A program made the position numbers and the translations under genes. DNA of 64,000 bases, taken from the IMG/VR virus record IMGVR_UViG_3300028805_003982; one strand, 5' to 3'. This DNA is from a virus. Taxonomy: Duplodnaviria > Caudoviricetes. Under the pieces are notes generated by a model. The model did not search any database. It worked only from the letters and a program-made list of their open reading frames with translations, and was not told the DNA's origin. This document shows, piece by piece, positions 1 through 10,684 of this stretch. The stretch's first letter is position 1. Each line of letters opens with the position of its first letter.

Positions 1-183
1 AAGTCGGAAGAAACAACAAAGAACGATGCTAAACCGGCAAAGGCCGCAAGCGGTATCAGAAAGCTGGATGAGAAAGTCAACAAGCGTTTGATCAGACTTG
101 TGAACAGACTTGTAGCCGGCAAGACGGCAAAACCCGCCGTTTTAGAGAAGGGTGTCGCTTAATCTTATCTTGGGGGTTTTTTA

Positions 184-627
184 ATGGGCGCAGATCTTAA
201 TTTAAGATTTGAGTATAAGGGCAGGGACGGCAAATGGCTGCCCCTGTGCCTTTATACTAAAGAGGGAAGGTCGTATATTCCTGCATGGCCTGATGTTGGC
301 CGTGATTGTAACATGTGGGAAGCTTTAGATCCGTTTATATGCAACAGACTTCCTGACGACTGCAGCAAACAGATTTCTTCGGATCATCGGTCGTTTGGGT
401 GCGGGGCATATCATGAAGGGTGGGCCTCTTATGCAACCCTTTATTACATGAGCAAAGAAGCTCCACACGATGTTATTACAGATGACGAAGGCAAAGAGAT
501 AAAAGTTAAAAGCCCTTACACAGAGTTTTTGGAATACCTTGATATGTACATTAGTCTTTCAGGCTTATATTTCACGCCGGAAGAGAAGATAGTAAGCACC
601 CGTATGGTGTTCTGGTTTGATAACTGA
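184..627 (+). CDS. hypothetical protein
   Basis: 147-aa ORF with RBS-like GGGGG upstream. Confidence 0.7.
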   Translation: MGADLNLRFEYKGRDGKWLPLCLYTKEGRSYIPAWPDVGRDCNMWEALDPFICNRLPDDCSKQISSDHRSFGCGAYHEGWASYATLYYMSKEAPHDVITDDEGKEIKVKSPYTEFLEYLDMYISLSGLYFTPEEKIVSTRMVFWFDN

Positions 628-888
628 CCTGTATGAAGTTGCAACAAATGGGCTTATTGGAACTTATTGAAAAGTCTTTGTATGAAGATCCTGTTGAGAC
701 GGGTCAAAAACTTGTATTCGGTGATATAACAAGACCGGATGATTTGTCGCTGGCTTGTTTTGGCATACGCAGATTATCCGCTGAAGAAAATAACCGTTTG
801 GCTGCTCTTGTCCGGTTTAAGACAACTGAGGTCTGTGGTTCTTATAGATTTCAAGCCACTGTGGCTTAATAAATACAGGAGGGTAGGT

Positions 889-1362
889 ATGGGTAAAGAG
901 AAGGAAAAGCTCTATTTGGTTCAGATCTCGGATAATGAGGGGGCTGAATATGTGTGGGATACACATTTGATAAAATGCACCGAAAAGCAGGCTCTCAAAT
1001 ATTGCGAAGCCAAAGCTAATGAATATATGGCCGAAAACGGGGATGAACCGGATGAGCTTGTTGTAAATGAGTGCAGTGACATGTTCGGTGCAATAGGCTT
1101 TTTTGTTCAGTACCACGATCATCATGTGGCGGTATTTGCCACGGAGTTCTCTCTTGATATTGAACATCCGTTGTCCGGCAATGATTTGCAGCAGAAGATA
1201 AATGAAGGAAACTCTAAATATAGAGAGTTTATTGCTGATATGTGTGAAGATGACCCCGGTTTTAGATCACAGATCAAAAGAGAGTTTAAAGAGAAGATGC
1301 GGCCTTTTACCGAGTTTGAAGCCGTAATTACGCCCTTAAATTCAGACAGTTCCGATCTTTGA
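889..1362 (+). CDS. hypothetical protein
   Basis: ORF track 739..1362; start moved to ATG 889 after AGGAGG. Confidence 0.7.
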   Translation: MGKEKEKLYLVQISDNEGAEYVWDTHLIKCTEKQALKYCEAKANEYMAENGDEPDELVVNECSDMFGAIGFFVQYHDHHVAVFATEFSLDIEHPLSGNDLQQKINEGNSKYREFIADMCEDDPGFRSQIKREFKEKMRPFTEFEAVITPLNSDSSDL

Positions 1363-1383
1363 TCGTTATTAGGAGGAAGATAA

Positions 1384-1659
1384 ATGAGTGCGATAATTAC
1401 CAAATTTTCAAAAGAGGATATCGTTGAGATGAGTGGAGTTATGAGCGAAATGAACGCAGAAATGAATAACATTAAATCTGTAGATGGATTGATAGATGAA
1501 ATTAAAAAATTTGGTGGTGACGATATCATAAGAGTATCTGATGTTATAAAAATTATAAAAGAATATTGTGAGGAATGCCGCAAGACGTGTGAACATTCGT
1601 CATGCGACGACGAGCTGGATGATCTTGAAGACAATGATGAGGAACTCGGAGGCGATTGA
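1384..1659 (+). CDS. acidic hypothetical protein
   Basis: AGGAGG RBS, 91 aa. Confidence 0.7.
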   Translation: MSAIITKFSKEDIVEMSGVMSEMNAEMNNIKSVDGLIDEIKKFGGDDIIRVSDVIKIIKEYCEECRKTCEHSSCDDELDDLEDNDEELGGD

Positions 1660-1712
1660 TCACTCTGACCGCATTCTTGCTTTAGAGAGGGAAAAATTAG
1701 GAGGAAGATATT

Positions 1713-1991
1713 ATGAATGAGTATGATACCAAAAAGGCAGCCGAGATAAGCCGCGTGTTTAACTGCTCACCCATCGGACACAGCACCATTGAGGAACTTT
1801 CCAAAACGCACAGAACGATCCAGCAGAACATCACCCGTTTTGCTCTGGACTGGATCAGATATATCGGCACTGAGTATGATCCGTCCTTTGTTGACGGACG
1901 GAATGAAGACAGCGTGCAGAAGTGCCGTGACCTCATGGAGATTCATGAGGTTAAGGAAGTTTTGGACTGGGGCGGAATACCGTTTATTTAA
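1713..1991 (+). CDS. hypothetical protein
   Basis: GGAGG RBS, 92 aa. Confidence 0.7.
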   Translation: MNEYDTKKAAEISRVFNCSPIGHSTIEELSKTHRTIQQNITRFALDWIRYIGTEYDPSFVDGRNEDSVQKCRDLMEIHEVKEVLDWGGIPFI

Positions 1992-2230
1992 GGAGATGGC
2001 ATGTCAGATTCAGACTTAAACGAATATATTTTTATAATCTCCGGCGAAACATTGCCGGTACATGTTAAGGCTCGGGATGTAATTGCAGCCGAAAATGAAG
2101 TCCGGGCAGTCTATCCGGGCTGTAAGGTGTTCAAGATAACAGAAGAATACCCGTCACTCTAAGATAGGTCTATCATATCCTTTCGCTGTTATATTTAATT
2201 CAGATATTGCAGTGAAAGGATGTTGTTTAT

Positions 2231-2794
2231 ATGGTCGGAACGATCAGCAATGAAACCGAACTTATGAAGGCTGCCGAGCAGTTTGTTTTTTGTGCTGTTG
2301 ACAGGGCAATCGGTGCAAGGAAGGTCGTTTCCGCAGAAGAAGCACGGGATCTTTTAGGTGATTCCTTATTGATGTTCTTTATGAATACAACCAAGGATAG
2401 TTGGCGTAAAGAGACTAATAAGAACCCGGCTGTATTTGTCCCTCAAACATTCGAAAGATTTTCCGTTATGGCTTTTTCCGGGATAGAACCGGCCAAACGT
2501 TATGAAAACATTCAAAGCGACATCGTAAAAGAGATCATGGATTTTCGCAGCGTGCCTCATTTCAGGGCTGCTGAGATCGCCTGGGACCCTGAGTTTGATT
2601 TTGAAGCCAAATATCTGCCTGAGTACTATGAGCTGCCTAATGACAGAGCTTGGAACAGGGAAGAGGCTAAGAAATATATTTCCGGTCTGTTCGATGCGGA
2701 GGTGCTGTCTTTCAGACTGGAATGCACCTTCAGTAAAGATGCGATGCTGGCATTCTTTGAAAGGGCTAAAGAAAAAGATCTGCCGGGCCTATAA
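2231..2794 (+). CDS. hypothetical protein
   Basis: AAAGGA RBS, 187 aa. Confidence 0.7.
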   Translation: MVGTISNETELMKAAEQFVFCAVDRAIGARKVVSAEEARDLLGDSLLMFFMNTTKDSWRKETNKNPAVFVPQTFERFSVMAFSGIEPAKRYENIQSDIVKEIMDFRSVPHFRAAEIAWDPEFDFEAKYLPEYYELPNDRAWNREEAKKYISGLFDAEVLSFRLECTFSKDAMLAFFERAKEKDLPGL

Positions 2795-2804
2795 AAAGTC
2801 TGCC

Positions 2805-2867
2805 AAAGCTCGGTTTTATCGGGATTTTGCAGGGTGGTGCGTGCTATAATATGTGTAGGATAACAAC
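2805..2867 (+). promoter_or_regulatory. element-specific promoter (AAA-N4-GGT-N30-TATAAT, then GTAGGATAACAAC) upstream of nrdD
   Basis: Same motif and spacing recurs at 50210, 53294 and 55036. Confidence 0.75.
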
Positions 2868-2899
2868 AAGTAAATATCAGTGTTTCGGAGGTATTACAA

Positions 2900-5101
2900 A
2901 TGAAGATTTTGAAGAGAAATAAGGTTGAGGTGGAGTTTGATTCTTCCAAGATCGTTAACGCCATTACCAAGGCCAATAATTCCGTTCTTGAGGCGGAGAG
3001 GCTCGGCAGTGAGTGCATTAATAAGATAGCTTCTGAGGTCGTTTCTGACTGCGAGGCTCTTGACCGTGTCGTTTCCGTTGAGGAAGTACAGGACATGGTT
3101 GAGAAGAAGATCATGGAAGCCGGCGCTTATCAGGTTGCCAAGAACTATATCACATATCGTTACACAAGGCAGCTTCAGCGTCAGAAGAACACGACGGATG
3201 ATGCTATCCTTTCTCTCGTAGCTCATAAGAATGAAGAGGCGAAGGAAGAGAACGCCAATAAGAACCCCATCATCGCTTCTACGCAGCGTGATTACGTTGC
3301 CGGCGAGGTTTCCAAGGATCTTACCATGAGAGTCCTTCTTAACGATCCTGAGATCGCTGAGGCTCACGAGAACGGTATTATTCATTTCCACGATGCGGAC
3401 TACTTCCTGCAGACGATCCATAACTGTGATATCTGGAATCTTGATGATATGCTCCAGAACGGAACTGTCATTTCCGGTGTCATGATCGATAAGCCCAAGT
3501 CTTTTGCAACGGCCTGCAATATCGCAACCCAGATCGTTGCGCAGGTAGCTTCTTCTCAGTACGGGGGTCAGACTTTCTCTTTAGCTCATCTTGCTCCTTT
3601 TGTTGATGTATCGCGTCAGAAGTGGGCTAAGAAGATCAGGAAGGATATGGAAGAGGCAGGCGTGTCTTACACGGATGCTCAGTTTGACCAGCTGGTAGAG
3701 AACAGGGTCAGGGAAGAGATACAGAACGGCGTTCAGACCATTCAGTATCAGCTCGTAACTCTGATGACCACTAATGGTCAGACACCTTTCGTTTCCGTAT
3801 TCATGTATCTGGACGAGGTTCCTGAAGGCAGGACAAGGGATGACCTGGCAATGATCATTGAAGAGGTTCTTGTCCAGCGTAAGAAGGGTCTTAAGAACAA
3901 GGTCGGGCATTGGGTAGTAACAGCTTTCCCTAAGCTGCTCTATGTTCTTGACGAGGATAACATCTATCCCGATTCCAAGTATTACTATCTGACCAAGCTG
4001 GCTGCTGAATGCACCGCCAAGACAATGGTTCCTGATTACATCTCAGCTAAGAAGATGCGTGAGTTCAAGGGTGACGTATATGCCTGCATGGGCTGCCGTT
4101 CATTCCTTACTCCCGACAGGTTCACCGATGCCGGCGTGGGCAACATCGCCAAGGCTAAGAATTATGTTCCCGGCCAGCACAAGTATTACGGCAGATTCAA
4201 TCAGGGTGTTGTTACCATTAACCTTGTTGATGTAGCTTGTTCCTCATATAAGGACATGGATAAGTTCTGGCAGATCCTTAACGACCGCCTTGAGCTTTGT
4301 CACAGGGCTTTGCAGAAGAGGCATAAGAGACTTAAGGGAACTTTGTCTGATGTTGCTCCTATCCTCTGGCAGTACGGCGCTCTTGCAAGACTTGAACCCG
4401 GTGAGGTTATCGATCCGCTGCTCTATGACGGATATTCAACGATCTCCCTGGGCTACGCGGGTGTTTATGAGATGACACGTTATATGACCGGTGAATCTCA
4501 TACAGAGCCTAACGGACAGGCTTTCGCTCTTAAGGTCATGAACGCTCTCAATGACGCTTGCGCCAAGTGGAAGAAGGAAGAGAATATTGATTATTCTCTG
4601 TACGGCACTCCCATGGAGTCAACGACATACAAGTTTGCCAAGTGTCTGCAGAAGAGGTTCGGTATCATTCCCGAGGTTACAGACCACAGCTACATTACCA
4701 ACTCTTATCACATCTGCGTCCGTGAGCCTATCGACGCTTTTGAGAAGCTTTCCAAGGAAGCAGAGTTCCAGCGGCTGTCTCCCGGCGGTGCTATCTCTTA
4801 TGTAGAGGTGCCTAACATGCAGAACAACATCCCTGCAGTTCTTGCCGTCATGACTCACATCTACAATACGATCATGTATGCAGAGCTTAATACTAAGGCT
4901 GATTACTGTCAGGTTTGCGGATATGAAGGTGAGATCGATCTTGTAAATCAGGAAGGTAAGTGGATATGGAAGTGTCCTCAGTGCGGTTGTACCGATCATT
5001 CTAAGATGAACATCGCAAGGCGTGTCTGCGGCTATATCTCTACCAATGATATGAACAACGGCCGTAAGCATGAGATCGCAGAGAGGGTGCTGCATCTTTG
5101 A
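2900..5101 (+). CDS. nrdD: anaerobic (class III) ribonucleoside-triphosphate reductase
   Basis: N-terminal ATP cone, IHFHD, MGCRSFL, GRFNQGVVTINL, C-terminal CxxC/CxxC and RRVCGY glycyl-radical motif. Confidence 0.97.
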   Translation: MKILKRNKVEVEFDSSKIVNAITKANNSVLEAERLGSECINKIASEVVSDCEALDRVVSVEEVQDMVEKKIMEAGAYQVAKNYITYRYTRQLQRQKNTTDDAILSLVAHKNEEAKEENANKNPIIASTQRDYVAGEVSKDLTMRVLLNDPEIAEAHENGIIHFHDADYFLQTIHNCDIWNLDDMLQNGTVISGVMIDKPKSFATACNIATQIVAQVASSQYGGQTFSLAHLAPFVDVSRQKWAKKIRKDMEEAGVSYTDAQFDQLVENRVREEIQNGVQTIQYQLVTLMTTNGQTPFVSVFMYLDEVPEGRTRDDLAMIIEEVLVQRKKGLKNKVGHWVVTAFPKLLYVLDEDNIYPDSKYYYLTKLAAECTAKTMVPDYISAKKMREFKGDVYACMGCRSFLTPDRFTDAGVGNIAKAKNYVPGQHKYYGRFNQGVVTINLVDVACSSYKDMDKFWQILNDRLELCHRALQKRHKRLKGTLSDVAPILWQYGALARLEPGEVIDPLLYDGYSTISLGYAGVYEMTRYMTGESHTEPNGQAFALKVMNALNDACAKWKKEENIDYSLYGTPMESTTYKFAKCLQKRFGIIPEVTDHSYITNSYHICVREPIDAFEKLSKEAEFQRLSPGGAISYVEVPNMQNNIPAVLAVMTHIYNTIMYAELNTKADYCQVCGYEGEIDLVNQEGKWIWKCPQCGCTDHSKMNIARRVCGYISTNDMNNGRKHEIAERVLHL

Positions 5102-5173
5102 TCAGTAATCACACGATCGGAAGCGCGGGGGTAACCCCGTGCTGTCCCTTCGATAACACAGGAGGATCGGTTT

Positions 5174-5611
5174 ATGACGGAACAGGAAAGACTAATTGCA
5201 ACGGCAGCAAAATACAAGGAACTGAAGGAGATGGAGCTGCCTTCTCAGATCAGCGCATCAACGGTCGCTGCTTTTGTTAAGGATGCTTATAAAGCTGTCG
5301 GAGGAACGGTCAGCACAAGGCCCGGCGGCTACAGCTCGGTTTCAACAGACGGGTATATTCCGTGTCCGGACAATGAAAGAATGAAGCATCCCGGTAAGTG
5401 GAATGACGGGCTTTGGACTGCCGGTAATCTGATATGTTTTGACGAGCAGAAGATCTCTTCCGGAGATCTTAACAGGTTTTTGGAAGATCTTACCATGGGG
5501 TATTACTGTTCTCTTAACGGTACTGAGATCGGTTATACACCCAGCCTGATCGATAAAGTTACCGAATTGCTGAAGGGTCCGGAAATAACCGATAAAAGTG
5601 TTGATGTATAA
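5174..5611 (+). CDS. hypothetical protein between nrdD and nrdG
   Basis: GGAGGA RBS, 145 aa. Confidence 0.7.
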   Translation: MTEQERLIATAAKYKELKEMELPSQISASTVAAFVKDAYKAVGGTVSTRPGGYSSVSTDGYIPCPDNERMKHPGKWNDGLWTAGNLICFDEQKISSGDLNRFLEDLTMGYYCSLNGTEIGYTPSLIDKVTELLKGPEITDKSVDV

Positions 5612-5623
5612 AGAGGTCACAGA

Positions 5624-6166
5624 ATGTATTTTGGCGCGATCAAGAATAACGACATAGCCAACGGAACGGGAGTAAGAGTATCGCTCTTTGTTTCAGGATG
5701 CCGCAACCATTGCGAAGGGTGTTTTCAGCCGGAGACGTGGTCTTTCAAGTACGGCAAGGAGTTCACAAGAGAAACCGAAGACAGTATCATCGAAATGCTC
5801 AGGCCCGGCCACATTCAGGGTTTAACGATCCTTGGCGGCGACCCGTTTGAACCGGAGAATCAGAAGGTGCTTCTGCCTTTTCTTAACCGTGTCAGGGAAG
5901 AGTTCAAAGATTCCCGGGACATCTGGATGTATTCCGGATACACTTTTGAAGAACTGACCGGTAAAAATCCCCATTGTTCTACTGAGAATACTCTTGATAT
6001 ATTGAAAGACATCGATGTTTTGGTGGACGGACGTTTTGTAAAGGAGCTTAAGAACCTTTCCTTGGCGTTCAGGGGTTCGTCCAATCAGAGGATTTTAGAC
6101 GTTCAGGAGTCGCTTAGATTGTCAGAAGCTACAGAATATGATCTTAATAAACGGATAGATTTATAA
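5624..6166 (+). CDS. nrdG: anaerobic RNR activating enzyme (radical SAM)
   Basis: NGTGVRVSLFVSGC, CxxxCxxC, GGDP, DVLVDGRF, RGSSNQR. Confidence 0.96.
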   Translation: MYFGAIKNNDIANGTGVRVSLFVSGCRNHCEGCFQPETWSFKYGKEFTRETEDSIIEMLRPGHIQGLTILGGDPFEPENQKVLLPFLNRVREEFKDSRDIWMYSGYTFEELTGKNPHCSTENTLDILKDIDVLVDGRFVKELKNLSLAFRGSSNQRILDVQESLRLSEATEYDLNKRIDL

Positions 6167-6178
6167 GGAGAGTGTTTT

Positions 6179-7033
6179 ATGGCTTTAAGATTAGGTAAAG
6201 AAAGTAAGATAGCCTTGGATTCAAACAGGTGTGTTCATACGTTGCACCGTTTGTATGACGGTGATCGTCAGGGAGGATGGGTTGAAGATCTTGACAACAT
6301 CAAGAACGGTTCCTGGGTAGCGGATGAAGCAGAAGTGTACGGAGATGCCGTTATAGATAATGGGTCGATCGTTGCAGGACGTGCCAGAGTATTTGACGAG
6401 GCCATTGTTGCGGGAGACGCCTGGGGCAATGCGATAATTGAAGGCGAGGCGGTTGTTTGTGAAAAAGGCAGGGTTGTTTGCGGCCGCGTAGACGGCTATG
6501 CCAGGGTGTGCGGAAGCGCATTGACCTTTCACGGCCAGGTATCAGGTAATGCCTGCATAAAAGATAATGCTGTTGTATGCGGACATGGTTTTATCTTGAG
6601 TGACGGGGCGGTAGTATCCGGCAATGCGTACGTATGTGAAAGTATTGTTGCCGGGAACTGTCAGATAAGCGGTAACGCAAAAGTAGATCGTGCTTATATA
6701 TGCGGAGACGCCGTGATTACGGAAGAGGCCCAGGTTAGGGGCACGATTTTCTTTAAGTCTGATCTGCAGGTGGTCAACGTAGTTATTAAAGACGCTGCGG
6801 TAATCGATGGAGATGCCTGCGTAGGGGCTATCTCGAAAGAGGTGGTATTAAATAAGGGCGTTGTGGTCGGTGGCAATGCGCACATAAGTTCAGGGGACAT
6901 TATCCAAGACAGTATTATGGGGTTACCCGATACGGAGCGAGAATGGAATGTCGCATTTTCAGCCGCTGTTGATAGGATAAAGGATTTTTATGACTGTTCC
7001 GGCTCGATCTCAGATCCCGGATTGGAAACTTAA
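6179..7033 (+). CDS. left-handed beta-helix (hexapeptide-repeat) protein
   Basis: GGWVE start followed by repeated VxGNA/VYGDA hexapeptides. Confidence 0.8.
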   Translation: MALRLGKESKIALDSNRCVHTLHRLYDGDRQGGWVEDLDNIKNGSWVADEAEVYGDAVIDNGSIVAGRARVFDEAIVAGDAWGNAIIEGEAVVCEKGRVVCGRVDGYARVCGSALTFHGQVSGNACIKDNAVVCGHGFILSDGAVVSGNAYVCESIVAGNCQISGNAKVDRAYICGDAVITEEAQVRGTIFFKSDLQVVNVVIKDAAVIDGDACVGAISKEVVLNKGVVVGGNAHISSGDIIQDSIMGLPDTEREWNVAFSAAVDRIKDFYDCSGSISDPGLET

Positions 7034-7045
7034 GGAGGTGGTATC

Positions 7046-7480
7046 ATGAAAGAATACGAAAAGATCGAGTATTCCGAAGCGCTGAAAGAAGCAGTAAGTA
7101 AAGCCGGATGGTCCATCACTAATATATGTTTTACTGATGACGGATCTAAAAAGCCTTTTTACATTGAGTTCTCATCATACTCCCCTGCGGGAGAGGACTT
7201 AAGCGGTGAATGTGTCTGGTTTGACGGAACAGATGAAGGATTAAAGGCAGCTTTAACTGAACATGCCAACAATTTTGATGCGGATGAACTTGCAGAACTC
7301 TGGTTTAATTCCCTCAAATTAACCTGTGTGCCTTCCACGCTCAGAGAACTCATTAATGACGCTAGAGAAATCGTTAATGACGCCGATGCTGTCGGAGGGA
7401 TGCTGCAAGTTCTCGCTAAGGAAGTTAACAAGGTTAACGAACCCATGATCGCCTTAGGTAAAGATTTTAGAAACCTCTAA
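7046..7480 (+). CDS. hypothetical protein
   Basis: AGGAGG RBS; SPAGED motif. Confidence 0.7.
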   Translation: MKEYEKIEYSEALKEAVSKAGWSITNICFTDDGSKKPFYIEFSSYSPAGEDLSGECVWFDGTDEGLKAALTEHANNFDADELAELWFNSLKLTCVPSTLRELINDAREIVNDADAVGGMLQVLAKEVNKVNEPMIALGKDFRNL

Positions 7481-7522
7481 ACTTCTTCATTTTAAAGGTA
7501 TAACGAATGGAGGAATTATATT

Positions 7523-7876
7523 ATGTCCTATTGTGCAACAGGTTACGGATTTGTAAATCTTAAGAAATCAGAAGATTCTGGCCAGGTTTCAAACTGGGTA
7601 AAAGACGCGCTCGATGCTTCGATCTGCGTTGATATCGTGGATCACGATTCGTTCGAGTTCACTTTTGACGGCAGATATGATGAGGATGATCTGTTTGAGT
7701 TCTATAAAGAAATATCAGACAAAATTTCTTCCGCATCGGTCTCGTTTAAAGGTGAAGACGGCACCCTCTGGAGGCATGACTTTAAAGACGGGATCTGGTC
7801 CGAGTCAATAGGCGAGATTGTGTATTCAGATCCTAAAACGGTTGTTGATGTTAACAGCCCCGACAAGGCGTTGTAA
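7523..7876 (+). CDS. hypothetical protein
   Basis: GGAGG RBS, 117 aa. Confidence 0.7.
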   Translation: MSYCATGYGFVNLKKSEDSGQVSNWVKDALDASICVDIVDHDSFEFTFDGRYDEDDLFEFYKEISDKISSASVSFKGEDGTLWRHDFKDGIWSESIGEIVYSDPKTVVDVNSPDKAL

Positions 7877-7906
7877 TTTTAGTTGTTAAATGAAAACATA
7901 AAGATC

Positions 7907-9009
7907 CAACGTCATTAAGTTAAGGTTCGATGCTCAGATTACGGTTTGATTGTTACCTTAACCGAAATACGTACATGGGTAATTGGGGAAAACGGTGTGT
8001 CTAACACAATAAAAGAAATCGTTGAGGACGCGGAAGCAATCAAAGACACGTTAAAAAGTTTGGCCGACGAAGTTAATAACGTTGAAGAACCATTAATCGC
8101 TCTCGGGGAAGAGAAGGGAACTTAAATGGACAATCTAAATTTTACAGAAGCTATAAAGGAATGCCCGTCCAATATAAAAGGAAACTGCAAAGCACTACCG
8201 GGCAATAAAACTTGTGTACAACATGTTAATACCGGGCGTTGTCCTATAAAGCAATTGGAGAAAAAACAGAAACGCTTATTTGAAGGAAAGAAAGTATAAT
8301 ATGGGATTCTTTAAACCTTTCCGTCAAAAGAAACTTACTGATCCTGATTCAATTCCTGACAATGATATGGTTTGTCCGTATAAAGACCCACCAAGAATAA
8401 AACAGAAGGAAGATGGCTCTGTAATTATCATTCATTTCAATGAGGATAACTAACGTAAGATATTTGTTTACAGAGCTTTTTGGAGAAAAAGGTATGACTG
8501 AACGAAAAACAGAAATTCTAAAAATAGTTATAATGCTGTCGATTTACGAGATAGTAATGGCTATAACAATATGCGCAGTGTTTCACGGTACGTTAAAGGC
8601 ATATTTGTTCTTTATAGGTATGGCTGTTACACACTGCGTCATAAATATAATCTCAGTGAGGTATAGGTAGATTATGGAAAGATTTATAGCAATATTAAGA
8701 TATCTGCCCATGTTAGAAGCTGTTCCGTATCTTCTTTTTTATTACGGTGCTTCGGTTGTGAGAATGCTTAAAACAAAGTCATCTAACGATGTCTCCATAA
8801 TAGGATGGGGAGTAGCGACAACTGTACAGGTTTGTTACATTTTTTATGGTTTATTTATTGTAAAAGAATGGCAGTATATAGCATCGTGTGTATGCGCCAC
8901 AACGGGAACTGCTGCGGTACTCATAACGGCTTTATATTATAGATACAGACGAAATCAGGATGTCGAGATCCAAGAAAGATAATGATTTTCTCTTAACTTA
9001 ATGACATTG
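7907..9009. mobile_element. non-autonomous TIR cassette (IS4-like ends) carrying passenger ORFs
   Basis: 18-bp inverted repeats CAACGTCATTAAGTTAAG (7907-7924) / CTTAACTTAATGACATTG (8992-9009); exact 10-bp flanking duplication CATAAAGATC (7897-7906, 9010-9019); AT-rich interior; no transposase. Confidence 0.85.
8674..8982 (+). CDS. small membrane protein, SemiSWEET/PQ-loop-like
   Basis: Three hydrophobic segments, KTKSSNDVS and YG motifs; PQ itself absent. Confidence 0.55.
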   Translation: MERFIAILRYLPMLEAVPYLLFYYGASVVRMLKTKSSNDVSIIGWGVATTVQVCYIFYGLFIVKEWQYIASCVCATTGTAAVLITALYYRYRRNQDVEIQER

Positions 9010-9134
9010 CATAAAGATCGGAGTTTTTTCTCCGGTTTTTTTATTTTTATTTCGAAAAGAGGGTATAGTGCCGTCGAAAAGTATTATCTGCTGTTATACT
9101 AATGGTAATACACAATATATTCGAGGAGACTATT

Positions 9135-9458
9135 ATGGCAAAAATCATTACTAATTCTGAGGCCGGGATCAGCTACATGGATTATTTGATATCCAAGGAA
9201 TTCAAGGATTGGCCGCTTGGCGTGCCTTTGGCACTTTACCGCCCGTTCGGGTATGACAGCGTAGTAATCGTTACCAAGGATCAGGAAGAAAACGGTGACG
9301 GCGTCTTAAGCTCTTCAATGTTTGAGCTTGGTACTAATGACGGCATTGGGCAATTCGCACTGGTGCATTCCGATTTCTCTTTTGAGAATGAGTCAGACAT
9401 TGTCCTGTTCTGTTCCGGTTGCATGGTCTCCGGGTATTCGGTGGTGGAGGAGAGATAA
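9135..9458 (+). CDS. hypothetical protein
   Basis: GAGGAG RBS; downstream of motif promoter at 9055-9100. Confidence 0.65.
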   Translation: MAKIITNSEAGISYMDYLISKEFKDWPLGVPLALYRPFGYDSVVIVTKDQEENGDGVLSSSMFELGTNDGIGQFALVHSDFSFENESDIVLFCSGCMVSGYSVVEER

Positions 9459-9875
9459 ATGTTAAGTCAGATATATCTCAAGTTCAAGATAACAGGATCA
9501 GCAAACGATATCATATCCTTTAATCCCGAGTGTTTCTGTTTTAGTGACGGTGTCCCTTTCAGCTTCGGTTTCAACCATTGTGAGTTCGGCTATAATGCTG
9601 CCGATGATGTTTTGGATGTTCACATGTGGGGGCTTGATACAGCAACTTTCCCGTCTTCCGTAAACGATATAACGCCTATGAGGATCGTTAATACCGAGAG
9701 TATAGAGGCGATCAACGTTTCTGTTGTATCCGACAGCCCTCTTACGGAAGCCGTGCTTGATGCAGCCTTTTGCGTGTTTGATAACGGCGGTGTTTGGGCG
9801 GTTCCTTTTGATGTCTTTATGAATGATGACGTGAGGGCGGTCTTGATCGAGCCGTCGCAGGAGCTTGCGATCTAG
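9459..9875 (+). CDS. hypothetical protein
   Basis: Abuts upstream ORF, GGAGG RBS. Confidence 0.65.
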   Translation: MLSQIYLKFKITGSANDIISFNPECFCFSDGVPFSFGFNHCEFGYNAADDVLDVHMWGLDTATFPSSVNDITPMRIVNTESIEAINVSVVSDSPLTEAVLDAAFCVFDNGGVWAVPFDVFMNDDVRAVLIEPSQELAI

Positions 9876-10605
9876 GAGGTTTTCCTTGCGGAAATTAGAT
9901 AAGTATAAATATAAGAACAACGTCTTCGCGGCTTGCGGAGTATGTCTTATCTTTGTCAGCACGGTCATGACCGTGTCGCCTAACGCGGCAGCAGTTGACG
10001 GATTTGAATACTACGATTCTTTCAGCAAGAGCCTGAAGCGTAAGATTATTGAAGTTCCTTCCATCATTTTAAACCGGCCTATGCCGGGTCCCGTAACGGA
10101 AGATATGGGCCTGGTCTTTGATGATTCTGCAATGAAAAGGTCGGTATCAGCCGATAATGGCAGAGAACTGATCAAACTCGAAAATGCTGAAGAACATGAG
10201 CAGGAACTTAAAAGTGTTCTTACTTCGGTTAAGCAGCAGATGCACCGGGCTAACAATCCTTACTGGTATATGGAAGAACCGGTAGTATATCCGGGTTCCG
10301 GACATCTTACGCGTACCAGGGGCGTCTATAAGGGTCCTTCCGGCAGAGAAACGTATTACAACCTGGAAATGCGCGAGGTCGTTGCCAGGATGCGTCGTAT
10401 GGGGTTTTCCGAAAAGGAATACCCGTACTGGGTAAGATCGGACGGGGTTAAGATGCTGGGCAGGTATGTTATGGTTGCAGCCAACCTGAAGATAAGGCCG
10501 AGGGGTTCAACACTGATGTGTTCTCTCGGTGAGGCGCTTGTATGCGATACCGGCGGATTTGTTAAGCATTATCCAAAAGGTCTTGATATCGCGGTTGATT
10601 GGTAA
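9865..10605 (+). CDS. membrane-anchored 3D-domain-like cell-wall protein
   Basis: N-terminal hydrophobic segment; ETYYNL, VMVAA, DTGG, DIAVDW motifs; exact start uncertain. Confidence 0.6.
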   Translation: MRSRRFSLRKLDKYKYKNNVFAACGVCLIFVSTVMTVSPNAAAVDGFEYYDSFSKSLKRKIIEVPSIILNRPMPGPVTEDMGLVFDDSAMKRSVSADNGRELIKLENAEEHEQELKSVLTSVKQQMHRANNPYWYMEEPVVYPGSGHLTRTRGVYKGPSGRETYYNLEMREVVARMRRMGFSEKEYPYWVRSDGVKMLGRYVMVAANLKIRPRGSTLMCSLGEALVCDTGGFVKHYPKGLDIAVDW

Positions 10606-10684
10606 CCGTCTGCGGATCATCGGCAACAGTTGGCTGGATAAGTTAGAAGCGGAAAACAGCAATCGAATTCGGAGGTAAAAACGC

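Noticed and set aside
2894-5095. Long minus-strand ORFs opposite nrdD and other genes
   Set aside because: Antisense shadows of codon-biased real genes.
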